A stretch of DNA of 64,000 nucleotides from an uncultured Dorea sp. Lineage in GTDB: Bacteria > Bacillota > Clostridia > Lachnospirales > Lachnospiraceae. Shown here piece by piece: positions 48,564 through 59,872 of the stretch; position 1 is the stretch's first letter, and each line of letters begins with the position of its first letter. A program made the translations under genes and the position numbers. The stretch is from positions 24,107 through 88,106 of the forward strand of contig CAJUBG010000003.1 in the NCBI GenBank assembly GCA_910584575.1, read 5' to 3'. Below the pieces are notes generated by a model that worked only from the letters and a program-made list of their open reading frames with translations, had not been told where the DNA came from and made no database searches.

Positions 48564-49818
48564 TTATCGTAAGCTGAAATTCACCATATTGTTGCAGACC
48601 GTCTTGGTGACGGCTCTGACGGTGCTGGTGGGCGGTTTTCTGCTGAATTACGTGATTGACGGCATTTACAATGACAGCTTTGCGGAAACCTTTGTCCAGT
48701 TCCTTATGTCCATGGACATAGAGGAGAGCCAGGCGATTAAGCTATACTGGAAATTAATTGGAAACAACAAGATGTTTTTCATTATTGTGGGTTTCCTACT
48801 CCTTTTTGCGCTGTTTTACTATGCGGCGTTGTCAAAGATGATGAAATACGTGGACCAGATTGGAGATGGGATTGAGAATATCCTGGCAGAGTCCACAGAG
48901 CCAATTCATCTGATTACAGAGTTAAAGCCAATAGAGATTCGGTTAAATGAGATTAAGGCAACCCTGAAACGGCAAGAGCTTGAGGCGATAGAGGGTGAGA
49001 AGAAGAAGAACGATCTGGTGCTCTTTCTCGCCCATGACCTAAAGACTCCGCTGACCTCCATTGTTGCCTATTTGAGTATGTTGGACAGCCATGCAGGAAT
49101 GCCGGAGGAGGACCGGATGAAATACATCCATATCGCTTTGGAGAAATCCATCCGCCTGGGAGAACTGATCCATGAATTTTTCGATATCACCCGCTATAAT
49201 CTTCAGGATATTGAGCTGGAGGCCATTGAGATTAATCTCACGCTGATGTTAGAGCAGTTGGCGGACGAGCTGTACGGAGTCCTGCAGGAAAAGCGTCTGT
49301 CCTGCGAGGTGCATGTGGAGGAGAACCTGGTGGTATATGGCGATCCGGACAAGCTGGCAAGAGTATTTGACAATATTTTGAGAAATGCCATTGCATACTG
49401 TTATGAGGACACGAAGATAGAGATTGACGCCCGAATGAAGAAGAAGGACGTAGAGATTGTATTTATGAACCAGGGGGAAAAGATACCGGGGGCGATGCTT
49501 CAGACCATTTTCGAGAAATTTTATCGTGTAGACGGCTCGCGTTCCTCAGGGACCGGAGGCGCAGGTCTGGGTCTTGCCATTGCAAAAGAGATTGTAGAAC
49601 TGCACGGCGGCAGAATCAGAGCCAAGAGTGACGATATCCGGACACAGTTTATCGTAGAGCTGCCGTCAAAGACAGAGAAGGAAGAAGGAACAAAAGATGA
49701 AGTTCATACATATCGCAGACGTGCATTTGGGGGCAAATCCGGACGCCGGAAGCGCATACAGTGGGGAACGGGGAAGGGAGATCTGGAACAGCCTGGAAAG
49801 GGTGGCGGCAGCCTGTAA
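48553..49818 (+). CDS. Sensor histidine kinase (VanS-like)
   Basis: AHDLKTPLTS H-box, NILRNA, FEKFYR, GAGLGLAI. Two TM segments. Confidence 0.9.
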   Translation: MKNNYRKLKFTILLQTVLVTALTVLVGGFLLNYVIDGIYNDSFAETFVQFLMSMDIEESQAIKLYWKLIGNNKMFFIIVGFLLLFALFYYAALSKMMKYVDQIGDGIENILAESTEPIHLITELKPIEIRLNEIKATLKRQELEAIEGEKKKNDLVLFLAHDLKTPLTSIVAYLSMLDSHAGMPEEDRMKYIHIALEKSIRLGELIHEFFDITRYNLQDIELEAIEINLTLMLEQLADELYGVLQEKRLSCEVHVEENLVVYGDPDKLARVFDNILRNAIAYCYEDTKIEIDARMKKKDVEIVFMNQGEKIPGAMLQTIFEKFYRVDGSRSSGTGGAGLGLAIAKEIVELHGGRIRAKSDDIRTQFIVELPSKTEKEEGTKDEVHTYRRRAFGGKSGRRKRIQWGTGKGDLEQPGKGGGSL

Positions 49819-50782
49819 TGAGGAGAAGGCAGAGCTTTTACTGATTGCAGGCGATTTGTTCCACAGACAGCCCCTTCTTCGAGAGCTGAAGGAGGTCAAT
49901 GACCTGTTTAAAACCCTTAAGAATACCCAGGTGGTTCTGGCTGCGGGAAACCATGATTATCTGAGGCGGGATTCTTATTATCGCACCTTTGCGTGGGGGG
50001 AGAATGTACATATGCTTCTGGGCGGGCAGATTACCGTTGTAGAGCTGCCAGAGCTGTCCGCGGCAGTATATGGGCTTAGTTATTATGGCAGGGAGATTAC
50101 GGAACGGCTGTATGACCAGGCATTTCCCAGGAAGCAGCAGAAATATGAACTTTTACTTGCCCATGGAGGGGATGAACGGCACATTCCGATTCAGAAAGAG
50201 AAGCTGCGTTCCCTTGGCTATGATTATATTGCACTGGGGCATATTCATAAACCGTTGGATATGGATACAGGAGGATGTCCCGATGAGCAGCTTCATGAGA
50301 GCCGGATGGCATATTCCGGCGCGTTAGAGCCAATCGACAGGAATGATACCGGCCCCCATGGTTATATTCTGGGCGAGCTTACGAGAGGCCGTTGCAGAAT
50401 CCGTTTTGTCCCCTTTGCTCTAAGGGAATACGTACATTTAGAAGTGACGACGGAAAAGAAGATGACAAATCGGGGGCTGAAAGCCCGTATCCGAGAACAG
50501 ATTGAGGCGTTGGGGACGCAGAACATCTACAAAGTGACTGTAAAGGGCTTCCGCGATCCGGACATCCTGTTTGAATTGTCGGATATGGATACTTATGGTA
50601 ATATCATTGACCTGTCGGATGAATCAAAGCCGGCTTATGATTTTACGAAGCTTCTGGCACAGAACCGAGGCGACCTTCTTGGAAAATATATTGAAAGCCT
50701 GATAGATTATGACGAGGACAGCGTGGAGTACCTGGCATTGTGCGAGGGTGTGCAGGCGCTAATGGAGACAAAAAGAGGCTGA
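49697..50782 (+). CDS. Metallophosphoesterase / DNA repair exonuclease (SbcD/Mre11/YhaO-like)
   Basis: ADVHLG, AGDLF, GNHD, ALGHIH. Confidence 0.9.
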   Translation: MKFIHIADVHLGANPDAGSAYSGERGREIWNSLERVAAACNEEKAELLLIAGDLFHRQPLLRELKEVNDLFKTLKNTQVVLAAGNHDYLRRDSYYRTFAWGENVHMLLGGQITVVELPELSAAVYGLSYYGREITERLYDQAFPRKQQKYELLLAHGGDERHIPIQKEKLRSLGYDYIALGHIHKPLDMDTGGCPDEQLHESRMAYSGALEPIDRNDTGPHGYILGELTRGRCRIRFVPFALREYVHLEVTTEKKMTNRGLKARIREQIEALGTQNIYKVTVKGFRDPDILFELSDMDTYGNIIDLSDESKPAYDFTKLLAQNRGDLLGKYIESLIDYDEDSVEYLALCEGVQALMETKRG

Positions 50783-50784
50783 TT

Positions 50785-52377
50785 ATGAAGATTCAAGAAT
50801 TAAAATTGAAGCATTTTGGCAAATTTACGGACAAAGATATCCGGATTGGGGATGGTATGAATATCTTGTACGGGGAAAATGAGTCCGGCAAATCGACCCT
50901 CCACTCCTTCATTAAGGGAATGTTCTTCGGGATGGAGAGAGGGCGGGGACGGGCTTCTGCCCATGATGCGTTCAGCATCTATGAGCCGTGGGAGAATTCA
51001 AACTATTATTCCGGTACGCTAAAGTTCGAGAGTGGAGGAAAGATATTCCGGATTGACCGGAATTTTGACAAATATACGAAAAAAGCAGAGCTGATTTGCG
51101 AGGATGACGGAGAGCAGTTGTCCGTGGCGGACGGCGATTTGGAGATGCTGCTTGGAGGCTTAGATTCCGGCGGATATGAGAATACCGTCTCGGTGGGGCA
51201 GAGAAAAGTGGAGACAGGACAATCTCTTGCGGTTAAGTTCAAGAATTACGCGACGAATTACTACACTGTAAGGGATGAAGCATGTCTGCCCTTTGGGTGT
51301 GCAGCGGGAGGCTGCGACATGGATCTTGGCAGGACGTTAGAGCATCTGAAGGAGAAGAAGAAGGCTCTGGAAAAGGAGATTAAGGAGTCTCTGCTTAAGA
51401 AGCAGGCGGAGAGGGAGAGAATCGAGCAGGAAGCCTCCTACGTGTGGAGAGACGTACATCATCTGGAGGAGGAGTTCAGACGGATATCAGGAGAACTTGA
51501 CTACCGCAGGGAGAAAGCGGCCAAAGCTGCGGAAAACGTGGAAAGCAGGAGGATTATAGATGAATTAAGACCTGCGAAATGGCGTATCCATCCGGTAGAG
51601 CTGATTTTATTCGGTGTTATTGTTATTCTGGCGTTTATCCTGATTGCAAGGCCCTGGAACTTTCTGGTATCCATCATTATCTTTCTGTCATGCGGCCTGT
51701 ACGTTTGGAACCGGATGAAAGTAGGAAAGCAGCAGGAAAAGACGCCGCCGGAATTGATTCTGGAGGAAATCACTCCGGAGGAGGAGAAGATTCCTTTGGA
51801 AAAATTAATATGGGAGCAGGCGCACGTAAGAGAAGAACTGCGGGAGAAGCAGATTCAATATGGCAATCTTAAAGAGCAGCTTGCCGAATTGGATGAAGTC
51901 AGCGAAGATTACCGAGAATATGACAAGAGAAGGTCAGCCCTTAACCTTGCCATGGAACGGCTCAACGAGCTTTCAGGAGAGCTTCAGAGACAGCTAGAAG
52001 AACGTCTCAAGGGGGAAGCCTCCGCAATTCTTTCATATATCACAGAAGGAAAATATACACATCTGCTGATTGAGGACGGTATGCATCTAAGCTTATTGAG
52101 GGAAGGGAGAAGAATTTCTCTTGAGCAGTTAAGCCGCGGAACAGTAGAGCAAGCCTATTTTGCCCTGCGTATGGCGGCAAGCGGCGTACTCCATGAGGAA
52201 GAATATCCTGTTATACTGGACGATACCTTCGCTTATTATGATGATGCGCGTCTGAAAAAGGTACTCCAATGGCTTGGAGAACATAAACAGCAGGTCTTGA
52301 TTTTTACCTGCCAGAAAAGAGAACAGCAGTTGCTTGATGAGCTTGGAATCGTATATCATCTGCAAGAGATTGTATAG
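50785..52377 (+). CDS. SbcC/YhaN-like ATPase with coiled coil and membrane segment
   Basis: GENESGKST, LSRGTVEQ, ILDDTF. Central hydrophobic hairpin. Confidence 0.85.
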   Translation: MKIQELKLKHFGKFTDKDIRIGDGMNILYGENESGKSTLHSFIKGMFFGMERGRGRASAHDAFSIYEPWENSNYYSGTLKFESGGKIFRIDRNFDKYTKKAELICEDDGEQLSVADGDLEMLLGGLDSGGYENTVSVGQRKVETGQSLAVKFKNYATNYYTVRDEACLPFGCAAGGCDMDLGRTLEHLKEKKKALEKEIKESLLKKQAERERIEQEASYVWRDVHHLEEEFRRISGELDYRREKAAKAAENVESRRIIDELRPAKWRIHPVELILFGVIVILAFILIARPWNFLVSIIIFLSCGLYVWNRMKVGKQQEKTPPELILEEITPEEEKIPLEKLIWEQAHVREELREKQIQYGNLKEQLAELDEVSEDYREYDKRRSALNLAMERLNELSGELQRQLEERLKGEASAILSYITEGKYTHLLIEDGMHLSLLREGRRISLEQLSRGTVEQAYFALRMAASGVLHEEEYPVILDDTFAYYDDARLKKVLQWLGEHKQQVLIFTCQKREQQLLDELGIVYHLQEIV

Positions 52378-52438
52378 AAGAAAGATTTAAAGGCGGGCGA
52401 GCATCCGGAATGTATGATTTCCGAATGCCGCCCTCTTT

Positions 52439-53644
52439 TTAAAGTCTGTCAGGACATGTATTACGCGCTGCCTTTTGGTTATACTCATTTACTACATAGT
52501 GGATACGGTCAACCGGATTCAATATACTGCTGATAGATCCGTCGTGGTTGAGGGTATCAATCATCAATGCTATATATTTACTCATATCGCAGTTAATATA
52601 ATAGGGCCTCTCAAGAAGCTCAGGCGTCTGATAGATTAGGTTTGTAGTCAGAATCGCGTCGATGCTTCCTTCTTCATATGCCTTGTCAAACTTGTCCAAT
52701 CCATTGGTAAACAGACCAAAGGTGGCGGCGGCAAAAATCCGCCTTGCCTTGCGCTGCTTGAGCTGGCGGGCAACATCTAAGATACTGTCGCCGGAGGAAA
52801 TCATGTCGTCAAGTATGATTACATCCTTGCCCTCCACCGAGGACCCAAGGAATTCATGGGCTACAATCGGATTACGTCCGTCAACAATCTTCGTATAATC
52901 ACGGCGTTTATAGAACATACCCATATCAAGATTCAATACATTTGCCAGATACACGGCGCGTCCGGTGGCGCCTTCGTCGGGACTGATGGCCATCATATGG
53001 TCGCTGTCAATCTGAAGGTCTTCAAAACGGCGCAGAAGTCCCTTGATAAACTGGTAAGTCGGCCTTACCGTCTCGAAGCCGTTCAGCGGAATCGCATTCT
53101 GAACCCGCGGGTCATGGGCGTCGAAAGTAATGATATTGTCCGCCCCCATGCGCACCAATTCCTGAAGCGCAAGGGCGCAGTCCAGAGATTCGCGGCTGCT
53201 TCGTTTATGCTGGCGGCTTTCATAAAGGAACGGCATAATAACGTTGATGCGCCTTGCCTTGCCCCCGATAGCGGCAATCACACGCTTCAAGTTCTGATAG
53301 TGGTCGTCTGGGGACATGTGGTTCGTATGTCCGGTCAGAGAATAGGTCAGGCTGTAATTACAGACATCTACCATAAGATAGATATCTTTTCCGCGAACGG
53401 ATTCATTGATAATGCCCTTGGCTTCCCCAGAGCCAAAACGGGGCACTTTTGCGTCGATCAGATAAGTATCCCTCTCATATCCATTGTAAACAACGTCATC
53501 CTTGTAGACATGGCCCTCCTCCTGGCGCCATTTTACGATGTAGTCGTTCACCCGGCTGCCCATCTCCTTGCAGCCGTCAAGAGCAATAATTCCAAGCGCT
53601 CCAATGGGTATGTTTTCCAGAATACGGTCATTACGGCGTAGCAT
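52439..53644 (-). CDS. prs: Ribose-phosphate pyrophosphokinase
   Basis: RFGSGE, PFLYESRQH, SPDEG, LDDMISSG. Confidence 0.92.
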   Translation of the reverse strand: MLRRNDRILENIPIGALGIIALDGCKEMGSRVNDYIVKWRQEEGHVYKDDVVYNGYERDTYLIDAKVPRFGSGEAKGIINESVRGKDIYLMVDVCNYSLTYSLTGHTNHMSPDDHYQNLKRVIAAIGGKARRINVIMPFLYESRQHKRSSRESLDCALALQELVRMGADNIITFDAHDPRVQNAIPLNGFETVRPTYQFIKGLLRRFEDLQIDSDHMMAISPDEGATGRAVYLANVLNLDMGMFYKRRDYTKIVDGRNPIVAHEFLGSSVEGKDVIILDDMISSGDSILDVARQLKQRKARRIFAAATFGLFTNGLDKFDKAYEEGSIDAILTTNLIYQTPELLERPYYINCDMSKYIALMIDTLNHDGSISSILNPVDRIHYVVNEYNQKAARNTCPDRL

Positions 53645-54644
53645 CATTCGTACCTCCCAGATTAAGTAGTTTTTTCTGAATACGGATATCGTCACCGGTC
53701 AGCCGAAGAATCGTGTAATTACTGCTGATTCGTGAGAAGGTCCGTTCAGAGTAGATGGATTGTATATCCTCCAATGCAAGATTGGTTGATATTATGGTTG
53801 CCCTCTGCCTCAGAATCCGTTCGTTCAGGCAGATAAAAAGCTGCGATACGGTAAAGGAATTCGGAAGCTCTGTTCCGAGATCATCAATAATCAGAAGATC
53901 GCAGTCATAGATATGTTCTTGTATATCGGAATCCTGTTCTTCGTGTCTGCCAAACGTATTCTCTGCGAATACATCAAATAACTGAGCCGCTGTAAAATAT
54001 ACCACAGAACAGGAGGTGTCGATTAGTTCTTTCGCAATACAGTGGGAGAGAAATGTCTTCCCGACCCCTGTATCCCCATATAACAAAATATTGTTGAACT
54101 CCCTGGAAAACGTGTCTACAAAGCTTGTACATACCTTGAGCGCTGTTTGGATGGAGTCCAGCGCAGATCTTCCGGTCAGCGGGTCTATGTGGCTGCGGGA
54201 GTAATAATCCAGAGAAAAGGTAGAAAAATTCTCTTTTTTTAAAATCTCCTTTAAGTTCGACTGTTCATAAAGAAGCTCTATGATTGCCTTCTTAAAACAG
54301 TGGCACTTCTCATCCCCGATATATCCGGTGTCCTGACAATCAGGACAGGTATAGTGAAGCTCAAGGAAATCCGGAGGAAGCCCGCTGTTCTCTAATAATT
54401 GCCGTTTCTTTAGAATCAGGGTATTCAATTCTTCCTTCAATGAAAGGAGGGCCTGGTCGTCGCCGTTTAAAAGGCGGCGGGCTTTCTCAACGCTTAAAGA
54501 GGCGATTGCCTGGTCCGTTTCCTCCAGTGCAGGAATCTGCAAATAGGCTTTCTGATAGCGTTCCCTTAATCGGTATTCATTATCCAACTGCCGCTGCTCA
54601 TAGGTGCGCATCATCTGGTCATACTGTGAGTTTGAAAGTGCCAT
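53631..54644 (-). CDS. DnaC/IstB-like helicase-loader ATPase
   Basis: CPDCQDTG...CHC zinc motif, GDTGVGKT, LIIDDLG, ISTNL, ERTFSRI. Confidence 0.88.
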   Translation of the reverse strand: MALSNSQYDQMMRTYEQRQLDNEYRLRERYQKAYLQIPALEETDQAIASLSVEKARRLLNGDDQALLSLKEELNTLILKKRQLLENSGLPPDFLELHYTCPDCQDTGYIGDEKCHCFKKAIIELLYEQSNLKEILKKENFSTFSLDYYSRSHIDPLTGRSALDSIQTALKVCTSFVDTFSREFNNILLYGDTGVGKTFLSHCIAKELIDTSCSVVYFTAAQLFDVFAENTFGRHEEQDSDIQEHIYDCDLLIIDDLGTELPNSFTVSQLFICLNERILRQRATIISTNLALEDIQSIYSERTFSRISSNYTILRLTGDDIRIQKKLLNLGGTNDATP

Positions 54645-54664
54645 ATTCCGCTATATCTCCTGTC

Positions 54665-55651
54665 CTATTGCTGCACCAGCCTGCGTTCCAGTGAATCCAT
54701 ATCATAGGAACGTCCGCTGAAGTTGTTGAATTTGTTGCTTTTGCTGATTTTAGGCGCATCCGTAGTTTTCACCGCAGACTTTTTCCTGCGTTCTTTTTCT
54801 TTCATATAATTGGCGTCCAGCGCGTCGATATCCTTGCTGTGCCGCACGTTTTTATCACGCCAGTTCTTAAGTATGGTATCTGTGTATTCAAAATTGGGCT
54901 GATGGATTGTATTCATCGTCCGGTTGCATGCCTCCAGAATCAGGTCAAGGGAAAAACCATACTCATCGTTCCACCGCCGGATATAGGCAATCTCGGATGC
55001 AGCGGGGGCACGTCCCTTAATTCCGTAAGCGTTGAGTATGGAATAACAGTTCTTATTATACAGGACAGAGTTGGACTTTGCCTCAGAAACCGTTGTAATC
55101 TTCTGCTCATTCCAGGAGAGGGCTACCTTCCGGATATAGTGCATACTCTTGTGTCCGTTCTCCACGCAATACTCAATGAGGTATTCAATCAGTTCTGCGG
55201 ACATATGCAGCGTATCATAAAAATATGTAATCATATCAATATCTACTGAGGACAGAGTCTTACCCAGATATTGCTCAGCGACAAACATCAGCTCTTTGAA
55301 TTCCTTGCGTTCGTTCCGGCTTCGATATTGCTGGATGTTTGTATTAATCGGTTCGGGCGCGGCAGAGTCAGCCTTGGCGGTTGAGATTGCCGCCGTCTGC
55401 TCACAATAGTCCAGAAGCTCTTGCTTCTTCCAATATCTTAGTGCACGACGGACATCATTCTCCGTGCACTCTAGGATATCTGCCATCTCAGAGACAGACA
55501 TCACTCCGTCCGGCCTGTTCATATGGCGCAGGAGAAGAAGGTATACCTTCACGTATTCTCCGTTCGCCTTGACCATGTGATGGTCGATAAACTCATTCTC
55601 AAGCACAGTGGTGTTACCCAGTGCATAATTAGTCAGGGTTAATTTCGTCAT
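54665..55651 (-). CDS. DnaD-domain replication protein
   Basis: Two DnaD-like repeats (YIRKVALSW, YTDTILKNW) and NKFNNF tail. Confidence 0.85.
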   Translation of the reverse strand: MTKLTLTNYALGNTTVLENEFIDHHMVKANGEYVKVYLLLLRHMNRPDGVMSVSEMADILECTENDVRRALRYWKKQELLDYCEQTAAISTAKADSAAPEPINTNIQQYRSRNERKEFKELMFVAEQYLGKTLSSVDIDMITYFYDTLHMSAELIEYLIEYCVENGHKSMHYIRKVALSWNEQKITTVSEAKSNSVLYNKNCYSILNAYGIKGRAPAASEIAYIRRWNDEYGFSLDLILEACNRTMNTIHQPNFEYTDTILKNWRDKNVRHSKDIDALDANYMKEKERRKKSAVKTTDAPKISKSNKFNNFSGRSYDMDSLERRLVQQ

Positions 55652-55777
55652 AATTCTTACGCCGGACCTCCTTTTGTCAGTTCGTAACTTATTTGGTAAA
55701 TCGTACCTCTCGTAGAGATATTATAGCACCAGAAGGCCAGGCAAAAAAGAAGTTTTTGCGTGAAAAACAGGCTTTTT

Positions 55778-55809
55778 TGTGGATAAAAATCTGTGGAAAA
55801 TGTGGATAA
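55778..55809 (-). promoter_or_regulatory. Cluster of three DnaA boxes upstream of the dnaD operon
   Basis: TGTGGATAA (= TTATCCACA) at 55778 and 55801, one-mismatch TGTGGAAAA at 55792. Confidence 0.75.
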
Positions 55810-57189
55810 CTAAGGTTTGAGGAGAGCTTCTCCAATGTTTACAACGTCTCCGGCGCCCATAGTTATCAACAAGTCCCCTTTTTGGCATCTCTCCAAACAG
55901 AAATCCTGGATTTCTGCAAACGTAGGGAAATAATATGCGTCGCAGCCCCGCTTTTTTAGCGCCTCGGCAATATCTTTGGAGGAAATCCCCAGTGTATCCG
56001 TCTCCCGCGCCGCGTAGATCTCCGCCAGGACGATATGGTCAGCCGCCGCCAGGGCGTCAACGAACTCTGGGAAAAGCAGCTTGGTTCTGGTATAGGTGTG
56101 AGGCTGGAAAACGCACCAGATCTCCCTGTGAGGATAACAGCGCGCCGCCGTCAGGGATGCATGAATCTCCGTCGGGTGGTGCGCATAATCGTCAATAACC
56201 GTGATTCCCTGTACTTCACCCTTGTATTCAAAGCGGCGGTTGGTTCCGCAAAAGTCCTTCAGACCTTTTTTGACCGCCGCCAGAGAAACGTCAAGAAGAT
56301 CAGCCGCCGCAATGGAGGCTAATGCGTTAGATACATTGTGGTCGCCGCTGACGGACAGGGAAATTCTGTCAATCACCTCGCCGTGCCTTACAAGGTCAAA
56401 GGAAGCCTCGCCAAGTTCGTCATGAGAAATCCTGGCAGCGCTGTAATCAAAGGAAGGGTCATTTCCATAGGTAATGATCCGGCACTTAAGCCCTTCTGTA
56501 ATTTCAGAAAGGTTCGGAATCTCTCCGTTGATGATTAGAGTCCCGTCTTGTGGCAGGAGTCCTGCGAATTTGTGGAAGGAACAGCGGATATCGTCAAGGT
56601 CTTTAAAGAAATCCAGATGATCCGCGTCAATATTCAGAATAATCCCAATCTTCGGGAAGAAATGCAGGAAACTGTTGGTGTACTCACAGGCTTCCGTGAC
56701 GAATACTTTTGAGCCACCCACACGGATGTTGCCGCCAATAGCTTTCAGGATACCGCCTACGGAGATGGTAGGGTCCTTTTCGCCTGCAAGCAGGATATGT
56801 GAAAGCATGGAAGTGGTGGTGGTCTTGCCGTGTGTGCCCGCAACCGCCACGGATGTATCGTAATTGGTCATCAACTGCCCCAGAAGCTCGGCGCGGCTCA
56901 GCATTGGAAGTCCCTGGCTTACCGCCTCACGGTACTCCTCGTTGTCATCATGTATGGCCGCCGTGTATACAACAACGTCAATTCCCGCAATAATATTAGA
57001 AGCCTTCTGCCCGCAGAAAACGGCTGCACCCAGTTTCCTGAGATGGTCGGTAAGCGCCGATTCTTTATTGTCAGAACCGGAGATTTTAAAGCCCTCTTTT
57101 AACAGAATCTCGGCAAGCCCACTCATGCTGATTCCGCCGATGCCAATAAAATGTACATGTACAGGTTGTTTAAAATTAATTTTATACAT
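55810..57189 (-). CDS. murC: UDP-N-acetylmuramate--L-alanine ligase
   Basis: FIGIGGISMSGLA, GTHGKTTT, DDYAHHPTE, FQPHTYTRT. Confidence 0.96.
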   Translation of the reverse strand: MYKINFKQPVHVHFIGIGGISMSGLAEILLKEGFKISGSDNKESALTDHLRKLGAAVFCGQKASNIIAGIDVVVYTAAIHDDNEEYREAVSQGLPMLSRAELLGQLMTNYDTSVAVAGTHGKTTTTSMLSHILLAGEKDPTISVGGILKAIGGNIRVGGSKVFVTEACEYTNSFLHFFPKIGIILNIDADHLDFFKDLDDIRCSFHKFAGLLPQDGTLIINGEIPNLSEITEGLKCRIITYGNDPSFDYSAARISHDELGEASFDLVRHGEVIDRISLSVSGDHNVSNALASIAAADLLDVSLAAVKKGLKDFCGTNRRFEYKGEVQGITVIDDYAHHPTEIHASLTAARCYPHREIWCVFQPHTYTRTKLLFPEFVDALAAADHIVLAEIYAARETDTLGISSKDIAEALKKRGCDAYYFPTFAEIQDFCLERCQKGDLLITMGAGDVVNIGEALLKP

Positions 57190-57412
57190 ATGATACCTTC
57201 CTTTTTTGAATGAAAAACAGGTTATTGCTTGTCATAAAAATAATATTCTGCTCATATTATTATATACATATATGAAAAAAAATCCAAGTCAGAATTTTTT
57301 GTATTATTTTAATAAAATATTTACAAAATTTTCAATTTTTTTGTAAATATTGTTCACTATGTATGAAAACTGTGGTATAATAAGAATTAAACTACTGAGA
57401 AGGGGTGATGAC

Positions 57413-58687
57413 ATGAGGAAAAAAGAAATGATAGCGATGCTGTTGGCTGGAGGCCAAGGAAGCAGACTGGGGGTTCTTACAGCAAAAGTGGCCAAGCCAG
57501 CCGTTGCATTTGGAGGCAAATACAGGATCATAGACTTCCCACTCAGCAACTGCATTAACTCAGGAATTGATACTGTCGGGGTGCTGACGCAATATCAGCC
57601 GTTAAGATTGAATACACACATCGGGATTGGAATCCCGTGGGATTTGGACCGCAATTTCGGGGGAGTTACGATTCTCCCGCCTTATGAGAAAAGCAGCAGC
57701 AGCGAGTGGTATACAGGCACAGCTAACGCCATATACCAGAATCTTGATTATATGGAGACGTTTAACCCGGACTACGTGCTGATATTGTCTGGGGATCATA
57801 TCTATAAGATGGATTATGAGGTGATGCTGGATTACCATAAAGAGAATAATGCAGACATAACGATTGCAGCCATGCCTGTGCCGAAGGAGGAGGCCAGCAG
57901 ATTCGGTATCGTTGTCGCGGATGATGAAGGTAAGATTTCTGAATTTCAGGAGAAGCCTCCTGAGCCAAAGAGTAATCTTGCGTCCATGGGAATTTATATA
58001 TTTAGCTGGAGGGTTTTGAAGGAGGCGCTGATTGCGCTGGAGAATGTCCAGGGATGTGATTTTGGGAAGCATATCATTCCGTACTGCCACGAACGGGGGC
58101 AGAGGTTGTTTGCATATGAATATAACGGATACTGGAAGGACGTGGGAACTCTCGGTTCTTACTGGGAGGCGAACATGGAGTTAATCGATATTATTCCGGA
58201 GTTCAACCTGTACGAAGAATATTGGAAGATCTATACGAACAGCGGCGCCCTTCCGCCCCAGTATATTTCCGGACAGGCAGTCGTTGACAGAAGTATTATC
58301 GGTAACGGCTCGGAGATTTGCGGAGAAGTGCATAACTGCGTGATTGGGTCGGGCGTGGTTATTGAGGAGGGCTCAGTGATTCGGGATTCCATTATTATGC
58401 AGGATGTGCATATCGGTAAGGAGTGTGTGCTTGATAAGGCGGTCATTGCTGAGAACTGTCAGATTGGTAATCGGGTGACCTTTGGTATTGGCAGCGATGT
58501 GCCTAACAGGCTGAAGCCGGCAATCTATTCCTTCGGATTGGTTACGGTGGGCGAGAATTCTGTAATTCCGGATGGAGTACAGGTTGGGAAGAATACTGCC
58601 ATCAGCGGCATAACGTCCCCGGAGGATTATCCGAATGGCGTGCTGGCAAGCGGAGAGACATTGATAAAGGCAGGTGGACGAGTATGA
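57413..58687 (+). CDS. glgC: Glucose-1-phosphate adenylyltransferase
   Basis: [43 protein letters not shown]. Confidence 0.96.
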   Translation: MRKKEMIAMLLAGGQGSRLGVLTAKVAKPAVAFGGKYRIIDFPLSNCINSGIDTVGVLTQYQPLRLNTHIGIGIPWDLDRNFGGVTILPPYEKSSSSEWYTGTANAIYQNLDYMETFNPDYVLILSGDHIYKMDYEVMLDYHKENNADITIAAMPVPKEEASRFGIVVADDEGKISEFQEKPPEPKSNLASMGIYIFSWRVLKEALIALENVQGCDFGKHIIPYCHERGQRLFAYEYNGYWKDVGTLGSYWEANMELIDIIPEFNLYEEYWKIYTNSGALPPQYISGQAVVDRSIIGNGSEICGEVHNCVIGSGVVIEEGSVIRDSIIMQDVHIGKECVLDKAVIAENCQIGNRVTFGIGSDVPNRLKPAIYSFGLVTVGENSVIPDGVQVGKNTAISGITSPEDYPNGVLASGETLIKAGGRV

Positions 58688-59802
58688 GAGCAGTAGGTAT
58701 TATTTTAGCAGGCGGTAACAGCCATAAGATGCGTGAACTGACTCAGAGACGGGCGATAGCGGCTATGCCGGTTGCAGGGAGTTACAGGGCGATTGATTTT
58801 GCGCTGAGCAATATGTCCAATTCCCACATCCAGAAGGTAGCGGTATTGACCCAGTACAACGCACGTTCACTGAATGAACATCTGAATTCCTCCAAGTGGT
58901 GGGATTTCGGGAGGAAACAGGGGGGACTTTACGTATTTACCCCGACGATAACGGCGGACAACGGATACTGGTACAGAGGGACGGCAGATGCAATCTACCA
59001 GAATCTTGAGTTCCTGAGAAAATGTCATGAACCCTATGTGATTATTTCCTCAGGTGATGCTGTGTACAAGATGGATTATAATAAGGTGCTGGAATATCAT
59101 ATCCGTAAGAAGGCGGATGTTACGGTGGTCTGCAAGAGGCTTGACGCGGATGAGGATGCCAGCCGTTTTGGAACTTTGAAGATGAATGAGGACATGCGCA
59201 TTGAGGAATTTGAAGAAAAGCCTATGCTGGCGACTTCAAATACGATATCAGCGGGGATTTATGTAATCAGAAGAAGGCTTCTGATTGACTTGATTGAGCA
59301 TTGCGCTGAGGAAGAAAGACACGATTTCGTAACGGATATTCTGATCAGATATAAGAATCTGAAAAGGATGTACGGTTATGAGATAAAGGACTACTGGAAC
59401 AACATTTCAACGGTGGAGGCTTATTACCGGACGAATATGGATTTCCTGAAACCGGAGGTGCGGAAGTATTTCTTCCGCGAGTATCCGGAGGTTTATTCTA
59501 AGGTAAGCGACCTGCCGCCTGCGAAGTATAATCCGGGCGCTATCGTTAAGAACAGTCTTGTGGGGAGTGGCAGCATTATTAACGGTACCGTGGAGAACTC
59601 AGTTCTTTTCAAGAAGACATTCGTAGGGAATAACTGCGTGATTAAGAACTCGGTTATTCTGAATGATGTATATCTTGGAGACAATACGTATATCGAGAAT
59701 TGCATTGTAGAAAGCAGGGATACGATTAGGGCGAATACGCGCCATGTTGGGACGAACGGTGTGAAGGTAGTCGTAGAAAAGAACGAAAGGTATGCACTTT
59801 AG
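58684..59802 (+). CDS. glgD: Glucose-1-phosphate adenylyltransferase subunit GlgD
   Basis: GlgC paralog coupled downstream by an ATGA overlap. [11 protein letters not shown] motif. Confidence 0.9.
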   Translation: MRAVGIILAGGNSHKMRELTQRRAIAAMPVAGSYRAIDFALSNMSNSHIQKVAVLTQYNARSLNEHLNSSKWWDFGRKQGGLYVFTPTITADNGYWYRGTADAIYQNLEFLRKCHEPYVIISSGDAVYKMDYNKVLEYHIRKKADVTVVCKRLDADEDASRFGTLKMNEDMRIEEFEEKPMLATSNTISAGIYVIRRRLLIDLIEHCAEEERHDFVTDILIRYKNLKRMYGYEIKDYWNNISTVEAYYRTNMDFLKPEVRKYFFREYPEVYSKVSDLPPAKYNPGAIVKNSLVGSGSIINGTVENSVLFKKTFVGNNCVIKNSVILNDVYLGDNTYIENCIVESRDTIRANTRHVGTNGVKVVVEKNERYAL

Positions 59803-59872
59803 TGCATAAGCCAGGGGCCGGCTAAGGTTTTCCTGAACCGGCTCTTTTAGGAAGAAAGGGGCAAGTAAGGAG

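Noticed and set aside
47874..49818. Vancomycin resistance locus
   Set aside because: Only generic VanR/VanS-like regulators; no ligase, vanH, vanX, vanY or vanT nearby.
52856..53641. 261-aa antisense ORF over prs, and similar long shadow ORFs elsewhere
   Set aside because: Fully antisense to well-supported genes, with no RBS or motif support.
53631..55651. IS21 istB or prophage replication module
   Set aside because: No istA transposase or phage genes; sits between murC and prs in housekeeping context.
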